64,000 bases of DNA from a virus (lineage: Duplodnaviria > Caudoviricetes): positions 9,835 through 73,834 of IMG/VR virus record IMGVR_UViG_3300010885_059224, one strand, 5' to 3'. Numbering within the stretch: the stretch's first letter is position 1; each line of letters starts with the position of its first letter. The position numbers and the translations under genes were made by a program. Positions 56,291 through 64,000 of the stretch are shown here, one piece after another. A model generated the notes under the pieces. It made no database searches and was not told where the DNA came from. It saw only the letters and a program-made list of their open reading frames with translations.

Positions 56291-58363
56291 ATGGAACTAT
56301 CTATTAAAAAATTTAAATCATACATTAATTTATTCAATAAGTTAAAAGCATTCCCTGCGGAGGGTGCTGTGGAATTCGAGAGCGACTGGCAAAAAGTGAA
56401 TCATGGTAAGCCATTCCCATATGATAATGCCTACACCATGAAGATTCACAAGCTGAAGTTCAAAACACTTCAAGCTGCATGGAATTACGCCAAGGTAGCA
56501 CAAATAAACACAAACGGACTAGAGCTTGGAAATTTGTTCGCAAATAAGAATAACTCCGGAACACCAGGTCATAAATTCTATGATTCCCTAAAGTATGGAG
56601 AAGCTGAAAAGAAGGGAACTGCTAAAAAGATAAACAAAGCTAATGGCCCTGAACTTGCCAAGCGGTTCAAAACCATGAGATTTATTCCAAAGGACATGCC
56701 GGATACAATCCGTACTCCTTATGTTATTCAGAATAGCCCACTAGAGGTGATGGAGGGTAATCACACCTATAGGATTGTTACTACTGCCCATACAAATAAT
56801 AAAATACTTGTTATAGGGCGTGATGATGACGCTATATATGATTACCTAGATAAAGGATTCTTTATTCTGGGATTCTCAAATACTTCCCTATCAGGTAAAG
56901 AGGAAAGATATATTGTTATAACCAATGAGCTAGATATACACACAATGCATATCTATCTGCTGGCATCACTACATCCTAAGCTATGCACAATGCTAAAAAA
57001 TAACAGCTTTGTACACTCCACAGAAGCGCAGATGATGCGATTGAAAATGGAGAAGAAGCTACCACCTAAGCTACGTGGTAAGTATGATGAGCTCAGAGGG
57101 TTCATAGAGAAGGATTATCAAAATAACACTTCTCTGCTGGTAATCAATAAGTTAAAGGCCGGCGAAATTGAAAAGGCCAGCATCAACAATATCATGCTTA
57201 CCAAGAAGTCAGCTGTGTATGAGAATATCAGCATAGAGGGCGATAACCTACTTGATGTGCTATACGAAAAACTCAACTTTGGTGGTGAGTTTGACATCTA
57301 TACCATCATAGAGACTTATACAAATGCCTTTGAGGATATAGTTGACGCCCAAGAAGTTAACGATGCAACATACACATTCCCATTGGTTAAAATCAATGGA
57401 TTTGATGTGCAGGTTACCAAGAACAAACATGGAGCCAGAAAGATCAACGGCAAAAGAATCAATGCTGTTGAGGTTCAGCAGGTTATGTATCGTGCAAGCT
57501 GTCATCACAACCTAGATGAATATAATCTGTTTGTGCGAAGAATCAGCAAAATGAGCATACGCTGGCATGATGCTATAGCAAATGGCTTGCCTGTTAAAAT
57601 GCATAGCCTTATAACCCGTGAGGAATATGACAGCCCTGAAGCAAGCTCTGCTGCTCCACCTGTTAAGTTCTGGATTGATCCTGCTGCAAAATGCATCAAG
57701 ATCAGGGTAGAGGGAGATGATGGTGGTAAGGTTAGTCTTGGTAAATTGATTACTAGAATTGATACAATTAACAAGAAAACCAATGACCGTTGGAGTAACA
57801 AGGCTAGCAAAACCCGTAATTGGCGCTGGGCCAGAGAAGAGTTAGCAAGAGCCATCAGGGATTGCTGCACGTTCACCACAGTTACAAAAAATGAAGATGG
57901 TACAGAAAATTCCATCACAACCACCACGGTAACGTCAGATGACATCAAGAAGATCATTGATGTTGCTGACCAGGCTAAGAAGCAAGCTGTTGAGAGGAGC
58001 AAAAACTTCCTTGATAGTGCTGTGAAGGTAACAGGAGCAGAAATGATAGAGTTCCTGGGCAAGAAAGCCTACAAGGTCAAGGGTAGTCTTAGAACATATG
58101 CGATAGTTGTTGAGAACGCAAAGGTATACGACTTTGAATCAAAGCAATATCGCTGTATTGTTAACGATAATCACTTCCGTGGTGCTGGCTATGATGATAT
58201 CGCAGCCAGGCTATATGTGTTGAAAAATGACTCTGTTATGCAGGGCAAAATAGGCACACTAAAGGGAGAAGCTCAGCCGCAGTATGAGAATACCCATAAT
58301 GACTATCAGCCTGATCGCGATGATGTGGCGGATATAATTGACCAGTTAGACCTCACTGCCTAA
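56291..58363 (+). CDS. large hypothetical protein with a C-terminal 'VKG..RTY.I...YRCIV' Cys domain
   Basis: 690 aa; directly downstream of the Ubl gene. Confidence 0.75.
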   Translation: MELSIKKFKSYINLFNKLKAFPAEGAVEFESDWQKVNHGKPFPYDNAYTMKIHKLKFKTLQAAWNYAKVAQINTNGLELGNLFANKNNSGTPGHKFYDSLKYGEAEKKGTAKKINKANGPELAKRFKTMRFIPKDMPDTIRTPYVIQNSPLEVMEGNHTYRIVTTAHTNNKILVIGRDDDAIYDYLDKGFFILGFSNTSLSGKEERYIVITNELDIHTMHIYLLASLHPKLCTMLKNNSFVHSTEAQMMRLKMEKKLPPKLRGKYDELRGFIEKDYQNNTSLLVINKLKAGEIEKASINNIMLTKKSAVYENISIEGDNLLDVLYEKLNFGGEFDIYTIIETYTNAFEDIVDAQEVNDATYTFPLVKINGFDVQVTKNKHGARKINGKRINAVEVQQVMYRASCHHNLDEYNLFVRRISKMSIRWHDAIANGLPVKMHSLITREEYDSPEASSAAPPVKFWIDPAAKCIKIRVEGDDGGKVSLGKLITRIDTINKKTNDRWSNKASKTRNWRWAREELARAIRDCCTFTTVTKNEDGTENSITTTTVTSDDIKKIIDVADQAKKQAVERSKNFLDSAVKVTGAEMIEFLGKKAYKVKGSLRTYAIVVENAKVYDFESKQYRCIVNDNHFRGAGYDDIAARLYVLKNDSVMQGKIGTLKGEAQPQYENTHNDYQPDRDDVADIIDQLDLTA

Positions 58364-58386
58364 TAAACTATTAAATATATAAACCT

Positions 58387-58605
58387 ATGCAAAGCACCCC
58401 AAAAAATAAAAAAACAGTGCAGTTAGAGTTTAAGTTTAATCATAGGCAGAAGGTAACAGGACTTGGCAAATCTTCTGTTAAAACAGATAAGGGATACATA
58501 AGAATATTAAATATATTCCACAGACTAACAGAAGGCAGATCAGACGCAGTAAGAGTAAAAACCAATATGGCTAATAATGATTACTACGGAGGATACTCTG
58601 AGTAA
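58387..58605 (+). CDS. hypothetical basic protein
   Basis: 72 aa ORF. Confidence 0.5.
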   Translation: MQSTPKNKKTVQLEFKFNHRQKVTGLGKSSVKTDKGYIRILNIFHRLTEGRSDAVRVKTNMANNDYYGGYSE

Positions 58606-58614
58606 TAATCAAGA

Positions 58615-58643
58615 TGGTGGGTAGGGCAAATCCTTACCCACCA
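58615..58643 (+). terminator. 12-bp intergenic hairpin
   Basis: TGGTGGGTAGGG/CCTTACCCACCA; no T tract. Confidence 0.4.
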
Positions 58644-58665
58644 AGCCATAGCAACAAATTAAATT

Positions 58666-59334
58666 ATGAACACATACATTATAGATATAGAAACGGCTCC
58701 TCTTTCCAAAGAGGAGATAGCACCATTCATACCAGAGTTCAAGGCTGATAGCAGGCTAAAAGACCCTGTTAAGGTAGCAGAAGACTTGAGGAGTAAAGAA
58801 GCTAGCTTCTACGATAAGTGCACACTATCTGCATTAACTTCTAAGGTCTGTGCTATTGGTATTTGGGAGATAGGCAAAGAAGAACCTGAGTTATACTGTG
58901 GTATGAGTGAGGAAAAACTCATAAATATCTTCAGTGACCTATTGGTCTACTTTGACGGAGCTGACGGCATGCCTGGAGGTAGGGCGTATAACATTATTAC
59001 TTTTAACGGTAATAACTTTGATATTCCATTCCTTTGCCGCAGGGGATTGAAGTATGGTAAAAACCTATTTACTAAGTTCTTCCGTACAGATGGCGGTTTT
59101 GCATATGACGCTGGATCTATTGATCTTGCTGCTATGTGGGATTGCCGTAGAAAGGACTACACCAGCCTCAAGGAGCTAGCATTGCACCTTGGAGTAGGTG
59201 ACAAGGATAAGTCTGAAGAGTTATTCTATCAGACCTACGAGCGGGATCCTGAGGCAGCCAAAGCCTATCTCAGGAACGACCTATTACTAACAAAGAAGAT
59301 CGCCGAGAAATGGCAATTAATCCCATGCGCGTAA
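58666..59334 (+). CDS. DEDD 3'-5' exonuclease (PolB-exo-like)
   Basis: 'IIDIET', 'TFNGNNFDIPFL', 'SLKELA..LG', 'YLRND'. Confidence 0.88.
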   Translation: MNTYIIDIETAPLSKEEIAPFIPEFKADSRLKDPVKVAEDLRSKEASFYDKCTLSALTSKVCAIGIWEIGKEEPELYCGMSEEKLINIFSDLLVYFDGADGMPGGRAYNIITFNGNNFDIPFLCRRGLKYGKNLFTKFFRTDGGFAYDAGSIDLAAMWDCRRKDYTSLKELALHLGVGDKDKSEELFYQTYERDPEAAKAYLRNDLLLTKKIAEKWQLIPCA

Positions 59335-59774
59335 TAAAAGAAATAAATACACGTATCTCCAGAGTTATCACCGGTGCCGCTATAGAGTGTCGCCGGGATA
59401 ACGAGGAGGAGGGTGGTATCATATTAACCAGAGACAACAAGGACTTTATCTTCGTAAAAGTTAAAAACGTTCATGAGGGAGAGCCTGTTGCTTACGGTTT
59501 ATATGAAACAGACCATAAAGAGTTCGGGGAAAAGATTATCCCTATGATGAATAAAGGCTGGAACATGTATGGTAGTTTTCATACTCACCCACAGTTCTCT
59601 CCTATGCCAAGCCAATTGGATTACGACAAGTTATTCCAGGGGTTCAAATATAACTATATATATTCAAACAAGCACAGAGAATTCTCATGCTCTGAATGGT
59701 CAGCGCAGAAAGATCTGCACACATTCACAATGGGACTAGAAACACTGCAATATCTAACTAACTATAATGACTAA
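59310..59774 (+). CDS. JAB/MPN+ (JAMM) metalloprotease
   Basis: Upstream Glu in 'EEEGGII' and an exact H-x-H-x7-S-x2-D motif (HTHPQFSPMPSQLD). Confidence 0.88.
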   Translation: MAINPMRVIKEINTRISRVITGAAIECRRDNEEEGGIILTRDNKDFIFVKVKNVHEGEPVAYGLYETDHKEFGEKIIPMMNKGWNMYGSFHTHPQFSPMPSQLDYDKLFQGFKYNYIYSNKHREFSCSEWSAQKDLHTFTMGLETLQYLTNYND

Positions 59775-60363
59775 ACTAAAAAAAATTGGTATAGCTGGTG
59801 CCGGAGGCATTGGTTCAAACTTATTGGGTATCCTATTTGACTACGGCTTTAACCGTAAGCAGTTTGATTACTCTAGTGTGGATGTTGATATCTATGATAA
59901 TGACATCATTGATACCTCTAACCTACTACATCAAAACTATAAGATTGATGATGTGGGCAAGCCAAAGGTAAAAGTGCTAGAAGAGCGTTATGTGGTGAAC
60001 GGAATTAATAAGTTCATGGAGGAGAAGGACTTCAAGAAATATGATGTTATCTTCAGCTGCGTGGACAGTATGGAATTCCGTCGTACCCTATATAACTGGA
60101 GCTTTCAGAACAAAGACAAGAACTTCTGGATTGATGGTCGTTGCACCAGTCGCCAGGGTGCCTTGTTTAATTCAAAGCTACCAGAAGAAGAGCTCAAAAA
60201 ATATATCACCAACGATGACATTCGTGGTGGTTGCTTGTTGAAGCATGAGAAAGAATCAAACATCAGTCACACTCTGCCCACGGTGGTTGCAGGTATGATG
60301 GTTCAGGTTTTCCTGAATTTTATTCGCGGAGAGCGAACTGATAAGAAGTTGTTCATGATCTGA
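59767..60363 (+). CDS. ThiF/E1-like adenylating enzyme
   Basis: GAGGIGS, 'DNDIIDTSNLLHQ', 'DVGKPKV', 'CVDS..FR', 'WIDGR', candidate catalytic Cys156 in 'GGCL'. Confidence 0.9.
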   Translation: MTKLKKIGIAGAGGIGSNLLGILFDYGFNRKQFDYSSVDVDIYDNDIIDTSNLLHQNYKIDDVGKPKVKVLEERYVVNGINKFMEEKDFKKYDVIFSCVDSMEFRRTLYNWSFQNKDKNFWIDGRCTSRQGALFNSKLPEEELKKYITNDDIRGGCLLKHEKESNISHTLPTVVAGMMVQVFLNFIRGERTDKKLFMI

Positions 60364-60370
60364 TAGTTCT

Positions 60371-60673
60371 ATGGATTATCAGGAGACGAATAAGCGGATT
60401 ATAGAAAGTAAATTGCGTGAGTGCCTTGACAAGGTTTGCAAGGCCTGCAATATTCAGTTTGATGAATGGAACGTTGATCACCAGCTCGCAGGAGCCATTA
60501 TTAGAGAGTGGAACAAAATACCACTTGAATATTCTGGTTACCTGCGATATTGGTTTCGACAGTACAACAACATCTATGAAGTTGCGAAAGCAATGAGTAC
60601 AGAACTTGGAAATGAGTATTTCCTTTTCACAAACCTAGAAGAAGAACAACATACAACACAAAATAACAACTAA
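60371..60673 (+). CDS. hypothetical protein
   Basis: 100 aa ORF. Confidence 0.6.
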   Translation: MDYQETNKRIIESKLRECLDKVCKACNIQFDEWNVDHQLAGAIIREWNKIPLEYSGYLRYWFRQYNNIYEVAKAMSTELGNEYFLFTNLEEEQHTTQNNN

Positions 60674-60675
60674 AT

Positions 60676-61707
60676 ATGGCATTTATTAAACCTAGCTTAA
60701 AATTCGACGGAGCCGAAACAGGACAAGTCCAAAACAGCACACCCTATATTCGTGAAAACGTGAGGAAAGTACTCTTCAACAAGAATACTAATCAAAACGG
60801 TGTTTATCTGTACTTCATGCCAGGCTACAAGGCAGATGCATTCGGTAATGGTGTCTGGTACAAGGCGTTTGAAATCCGCGATAATTTTGGTGATAAGTAC
60901 AAAGAGAAATACTATGTTCCTAATCGCAATAATGATCCTGCGGAATATTTCGCCAACAACTACAAGAACCTAGGCTATACCCAGGATGAGGCAGGAGCTA
61001 CCGTTAACGTGAATGGCAAGACCTTCAAGAAGTATCCAAACTTCGGCAGGGTCACCAAGCGCCAGATCTTCAATGTTGTTTATGCAAGCAATATTGCGGC
61101 TGGTGTACACGTTCTTGATATTCCTAGCTATAACGGCGCTAGTCAAATCCATGATTGGTTGAGTAAGACAGACATCGCTGGAAATCCACGCCCCTTGATC
61201 AACGATCCAGAGCGAGCCCTTCCTGTGTTTGTTCAGCTCAAGGACAACAGTTCTAACCCATGGTACTTGAATGTAGAGGCATCACAGCCAGCAGTTCTAC
61301 CTCTTGAACTGGCGGACAACATGTATAATCTAGACGAAGCTCTTGTAATCAAGAGTAACGATGAGATTATTTCAAAGCTCAGGGATATGTATTCAGGCGA
61401 TGTATTTGATCATTGCATGGATGGATTCCCAGGTCTTCGTGCAGCTGCCAGGGCTCCTGGTATAGAGCGTGTTTCAAGTGGATTCGTTCCACCTGTTCAG
61501 CAGCAGGTTCCTGTTGCTATACCTGTTAGTCAGCCTGTAGCACCGGCAGGTGTTCCTATCAACACTGCAATTCCTGCGGCTCGTCCAGCGCAGCAAGAAC
61601 CTGCATTTGTTGACCCGGGTGACATCGACCCAAGTAAGCTTCCACCAAATCCAATGATGAAGTTTAGCACGAAGGAAGCCGCAGCTAGCTTCTTATCAAG
61701 TAATTAA
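60676..61707 (+). CDS. putative single-stranded DNA-binding protein (gp32-like)
   Basis: Aromatic-rich core, Pro/Ala low-complexity tail, directly upstream of recA; mostly positional inference. Confidence 0.5.
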   Translation: MAFIKPSLKFDGAETGQVQNSTPYIRENVRKVLFNKNTNQNGVYLYFMPGYKADAFGNGVWYKAFEIRDNFGDKYKEKYYVPNRNNDPAEYFANNYKNLGYTQDEAGATVNVNGKTFKKYPNFGRVTKRQIFNVVYASNIAAGVHVLDIPSYNGASQIHDWLSKTDIAGNPRPLINDPERALPVFVQLKDNSSNPWYLNVEASQPAVLPLELADNMYNLDEALVIKSNDEIISKLRDMYSGDVFDHCMDGFPGLRAAARAPGIERVSSGFVPPVQQQVPVAIPVSQPVAPAGVPINTAIPAARPAQQEPAFVDPGDIDPSKLPPNPMMKFSTKEAAASFLSSN

Positions 61708-61714
61708 ATAAAAT

Positions 61715-62908
61715 ATGGATATCGACAAGCTCCTGAATGGCGTTAAAAAAGACTTCAAAAAAGTGTTCAAAGATGAAGCTGATAATCTAGAGTTAAACAC
61801 TGTAGATAAAGAACTTCCGCCCACAGGAATTGTCCTCGATAATCCTTTGATGGAATATGTATTCGATCGTAGGTTTGTAGCCTACGGTCGATGCTATCTA
61901 GTATACGGAAAGAAAGGTTGCGCAAAAACTTCCTTTCTTTTCGAACTAGCCAAAACATTCATCAGGGCAGGAGGACATTTCATATGGGTAGAAACTGAGA
62001 ATGCTCCTGACTTCAGGTTTATGGAGCTGCAAGGTTGCGACCCTAAGAAAGTTATATATCACAATCCTAAGTCCCTTGAAGAGGCATTGACTCTCATCAA
62101 GGTTATTATTGAGAATATACCAAAGGCAGATCCTGATCAAATAACACCTATTATGATTGCGTTAGACTCTGTTGCAGGTGCTGCTTCAGAGTATGAGCGT
62201 GACCAAGATGTGATTGGTCAAACCAAGGTAGGTGAGCATGCAAAGCTCATGGCAGGGTTCTACCGCAATATTGTTCCACTCCTAGAGAGCGAAAAGGCTG
62301 TGCTAGTGGTGACCAATCAGTTGAGAGAACAAATTGGAGGAATGGTTACATTTGGTGCTGAAAAACCAGAAGCATTGATAGGTGGTGAGGCTCAGCGCTT
62401 TAACTCTACCTATCAGCTCAAGGTTGCCAGAACCAAAGACCTACTACTAGAAGATCACATGGGTGTAAAAAGAAAAGCCGGTTCGACTCATAGCTTAACA
62501 GTTAAGCGTAACAAGCTTGGCCGTGAGGGTAATAGTCAGAAGGTTGAATTTGACCTATATATCAATGGTGGTATTGATTGGTATAGTCCATTGGTAAGGC
62601 TACTAGGCGAAACATATCCTGAGTTAGTAAATAAATCAGGAGGATGGTATAGCTGGAAAGTGCCTAACGTGGAATATACCGACAGCTCATCAGGAGAACC
62701 CATAACAGCAATCATAGACACAGATAAAAAATATCGTGAAATGGAGCTAGGTATGGTTCTCATGAACAGCCCTCAAGCTAAAGAACTAATACGTCAAGCC
62801 TTTGGTATTCCTGATATGCCGGCACCTGAAGTTGCATCGGTGATAGAAGAGAAGAACAAGGCCCGCCGTAAAAAGAAGTCGCAGCTAGAAATGGACACTG
62901 AAAGTTAA
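61715..62908 (+). CDS. recA: RecA/UvsX-like recombinase
   Basis: Walker A GKKGCAKT, 'VETENA.D', 'LDSVAG', 'VG.HAKLM', 'TNQLREQIG', 'GGEA..F', 'KSGGWY'. Confidence 0.93.
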   Translation: MDIDKLLNGVKKDFKKVFKDEADNLELNTVDKELPPTGIVLDNPLMEYVFDRRFVAYGRCYLVYGKKGCAKTSFLFELAKTFIRAGGHFIWVETENAPDFRFMELQGCDPKKVIYHNPKSLEEALTLIKVIIENIPKADPDQITPIMIALDSVAGAASEYERDQDVIGQTKVGEHAKLMAGFYRNIVPLLESEKAVLVVTNQLREQIGGMVTFGAEKPEALIGGEAQRFNSTYQLKVARTKDLLLEDHMGVKRKAGSTHSLTVKRNKLGREGNSQKVEFDLYINGGIDWYSPLVRLLGETYPELVNKSGGWYSWKVPNVEYTDSSSGEPITAIIDTDKKYREMELGMVLMNSPQAKELIRQAFGIPDMPAPEVASVIEEKNKARRKKKSQLEMDTES

Positions 62909-62909
62909 A

Positions 62910-63095
62910 ATGACTGAATATTTGGATAAACTGACCAAGATAGCGGCGCTCATTAAAAAAATGAATTTGCCTGATTATCGAAAGTCAGTTAAACATAATG
63001 ATGATCTCCGCTGGTTAAAGAACAACCTCTACGTAAAAAATGCTAGCCATAAAAACTACGAAGAGGTTATGAAGATAATCAACGAGACCATCTGA
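62910..63095 (+). CDS. hypothetical protein
   Basis: 61 aa; 'MNLPDYRK...WLKNNL..KN..HKNY'. Confidence 0.6.
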   Translation: MTEYLDKLTKIAALIKKMNLPDYRKSVKHNDDLRWLKNNLYVKNASHKNYEEVMKIINETI

Positions 63096-63102
63096 TACTA
63101 AA

Positions 63103-63612
63103 ATGATATACATAGGCATAGACAACGGAACATCTTCTAACGGGGTAGGGGTAATCCTCAGTAATGGGGAAAGCTATCTCTATAAAACTCCCGTTAAGAA
63201 AGAATTGAGCTATACCAAAGTAGCCAAGAACATATCTAGAATAGACTATCCAAAACTATTAGAGATCTTCCTGGAAATAAAAGGTAAGGCATCAGGTTTA
63301 CCTGATGCGGGTATGATTGCCGGATTAGAACGGCCAATGATCAACCCCGGTAGATTCTTTGCATCTATGAGTGCTATGAGGGCTATCGAGGCCACTCTTA
63401 TCGCCCTAGAAGCAGCCGAAATCCCCTATGTATATCTTGATAGTAAAGAGTGGCAGACAGTTCTTCTTCCTAAAAATTTAAAGAAAGAAGAGCTAAAGAA
63501 AGGAAGTTTAGATGTAGGCAAGAGACTATTCCCGAAACTACCATTAAAAGTAGACGCTGACGGAATCCTCATAGCTGAATATCTAAGAATCAAAAACACA
63601 CGTACGTTATGA
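63103..63612 (+). CDS. RuvC-like Holliday junction resolvase
   Basis: 'YIGIDNG', 'LERP', 'KEWQ', 'LFP', 'ADGILIAEY'. Confidence 0.8.
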   Translation: MIYIGIDNGTSSNGVGVILSNGESYLYKTPVKKELSYTKVAKNISRIDYPKLLEIFLEIKGKASGLPDAGMIAGLERPMINPGRFFASMSAMRAIEATLIALEAAEIPYVYLDSKEWQTVLLPKNLKKEELKKGSLDVGKRLFPKLPLKVDADGILIAEYLRIKNTRTL

Positions 63613-63869
63613 GTAAGAAAAACAACACAAAAAAATTCACTGAACAGGAAGTAATTGCAGCCCTTCAGGAACTAGTTAACGAAGGTAAGATCCAGAAGTT
63701 AGAAGGCATGCGCCTGGGTATCTCCAGCAGCACGGCAATCTGGTCACTCCGCGGCCGTCTTGCATCAGCAACCAAAAAGTATAATCAGCTCATGGAGAAG
63801 TATGATTGCCTCATGAATAAGTTCACCTGCAAAAAAGCAGCAGCAGCCAAGAAGAAGAAAAAGAAGTAA
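63609..63869 (+). CDS. hypothetical basic protein
   Basis: 86 aa with a poly-Lys C-terminus. Confidence 0.55.
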   Translation: MSKKNNTKKFTEQEVIAALQELVNEGKIQKLEGMRLGISSSTAIWSLRGRLASATKKYNQLMEKYDCLMNKFTCKKAAAAKKKKKK

Positions 63870-63896
63870 ATAAAAATCCCTAAAAGGACTTGAATG

Positions 63897-63926
63897 GGCC
63901 TCTGGTGATTAATTTCATCAGAGGCC
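63897..63926 (+). terminator. 12-bp hairpin with TTAATT loop
   Basis: GGCCTCTGGTGA/TCATCAGAGGCC followed by TTAACTTTTT. Confidence 0.65.
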
Positions 63927-64000
63927 TTAACTTTTTAAAAATATGCGTTAATGACACAATTAAACTTTTTAGGTAATTATTTAGAGAATAAAGATAATGC

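Noticed and set aside
57505-58062. 185-aa minus-strand ORF and similar antisense ORFs across the window
   Set aside because: They lie entirely within long + genes and have the Ser/Leu/Phe-rich composition typical of antisense frames.
59310-60363. Host CBASS/Bil defence island or thiamine/molybdopterin biosynthesis operon
   Set aside because: No cyclase, E2, effector, thiG/thiS partner or moa gene is adjacent; the genes are coupled to phage replication genes in the same style as their neighbours.

Overview
This window is a 64-kb segment of a large, probably jumbo, myovirus-like dsDNA phage genome. It is AT-rich, uses the standard genetic code, and almost all genes are on the + strand. From 1 to 23 kb there is a baseplate/tail-fibre module with an embedded sigma-70-type factor and five paralogous fibre-like proteins. 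From 23.6 to 29 kb there is an RNA-rich island: a tmRNA with an unusually long 31-codon tag, six clustered tRNAs, and at least six further non-tRNA segments, most closed by long helices (two are 600-870 nt). A SAM-methyltransferase-like gene sits within this island. From 30 to 41.5 kb there is a KxA-rich putative virion protein, a lone initiator-like tRNA, an AAA ATPase, a minus-strand terminase large subunit and a Ycf46/DUF1257/DUF2997-type AAA operon. From 41.9 to 64 kb there are replication and recombination genes (SbcD, SbcC, SF2 helicase, primase, DnaB, a very divergent UDG-fused family-A polymerase, exonuclease, SSB, RecA, RuvC). Embedded among them is a candidate phage-encoded ubiquitin-like system: a Ubl precursor ending GG-SK, a large Cys-domain partner, a JAB protease and a ThiF/E1. 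All family assignments come from motifs recognised by eye; no searches or folding programs were run.
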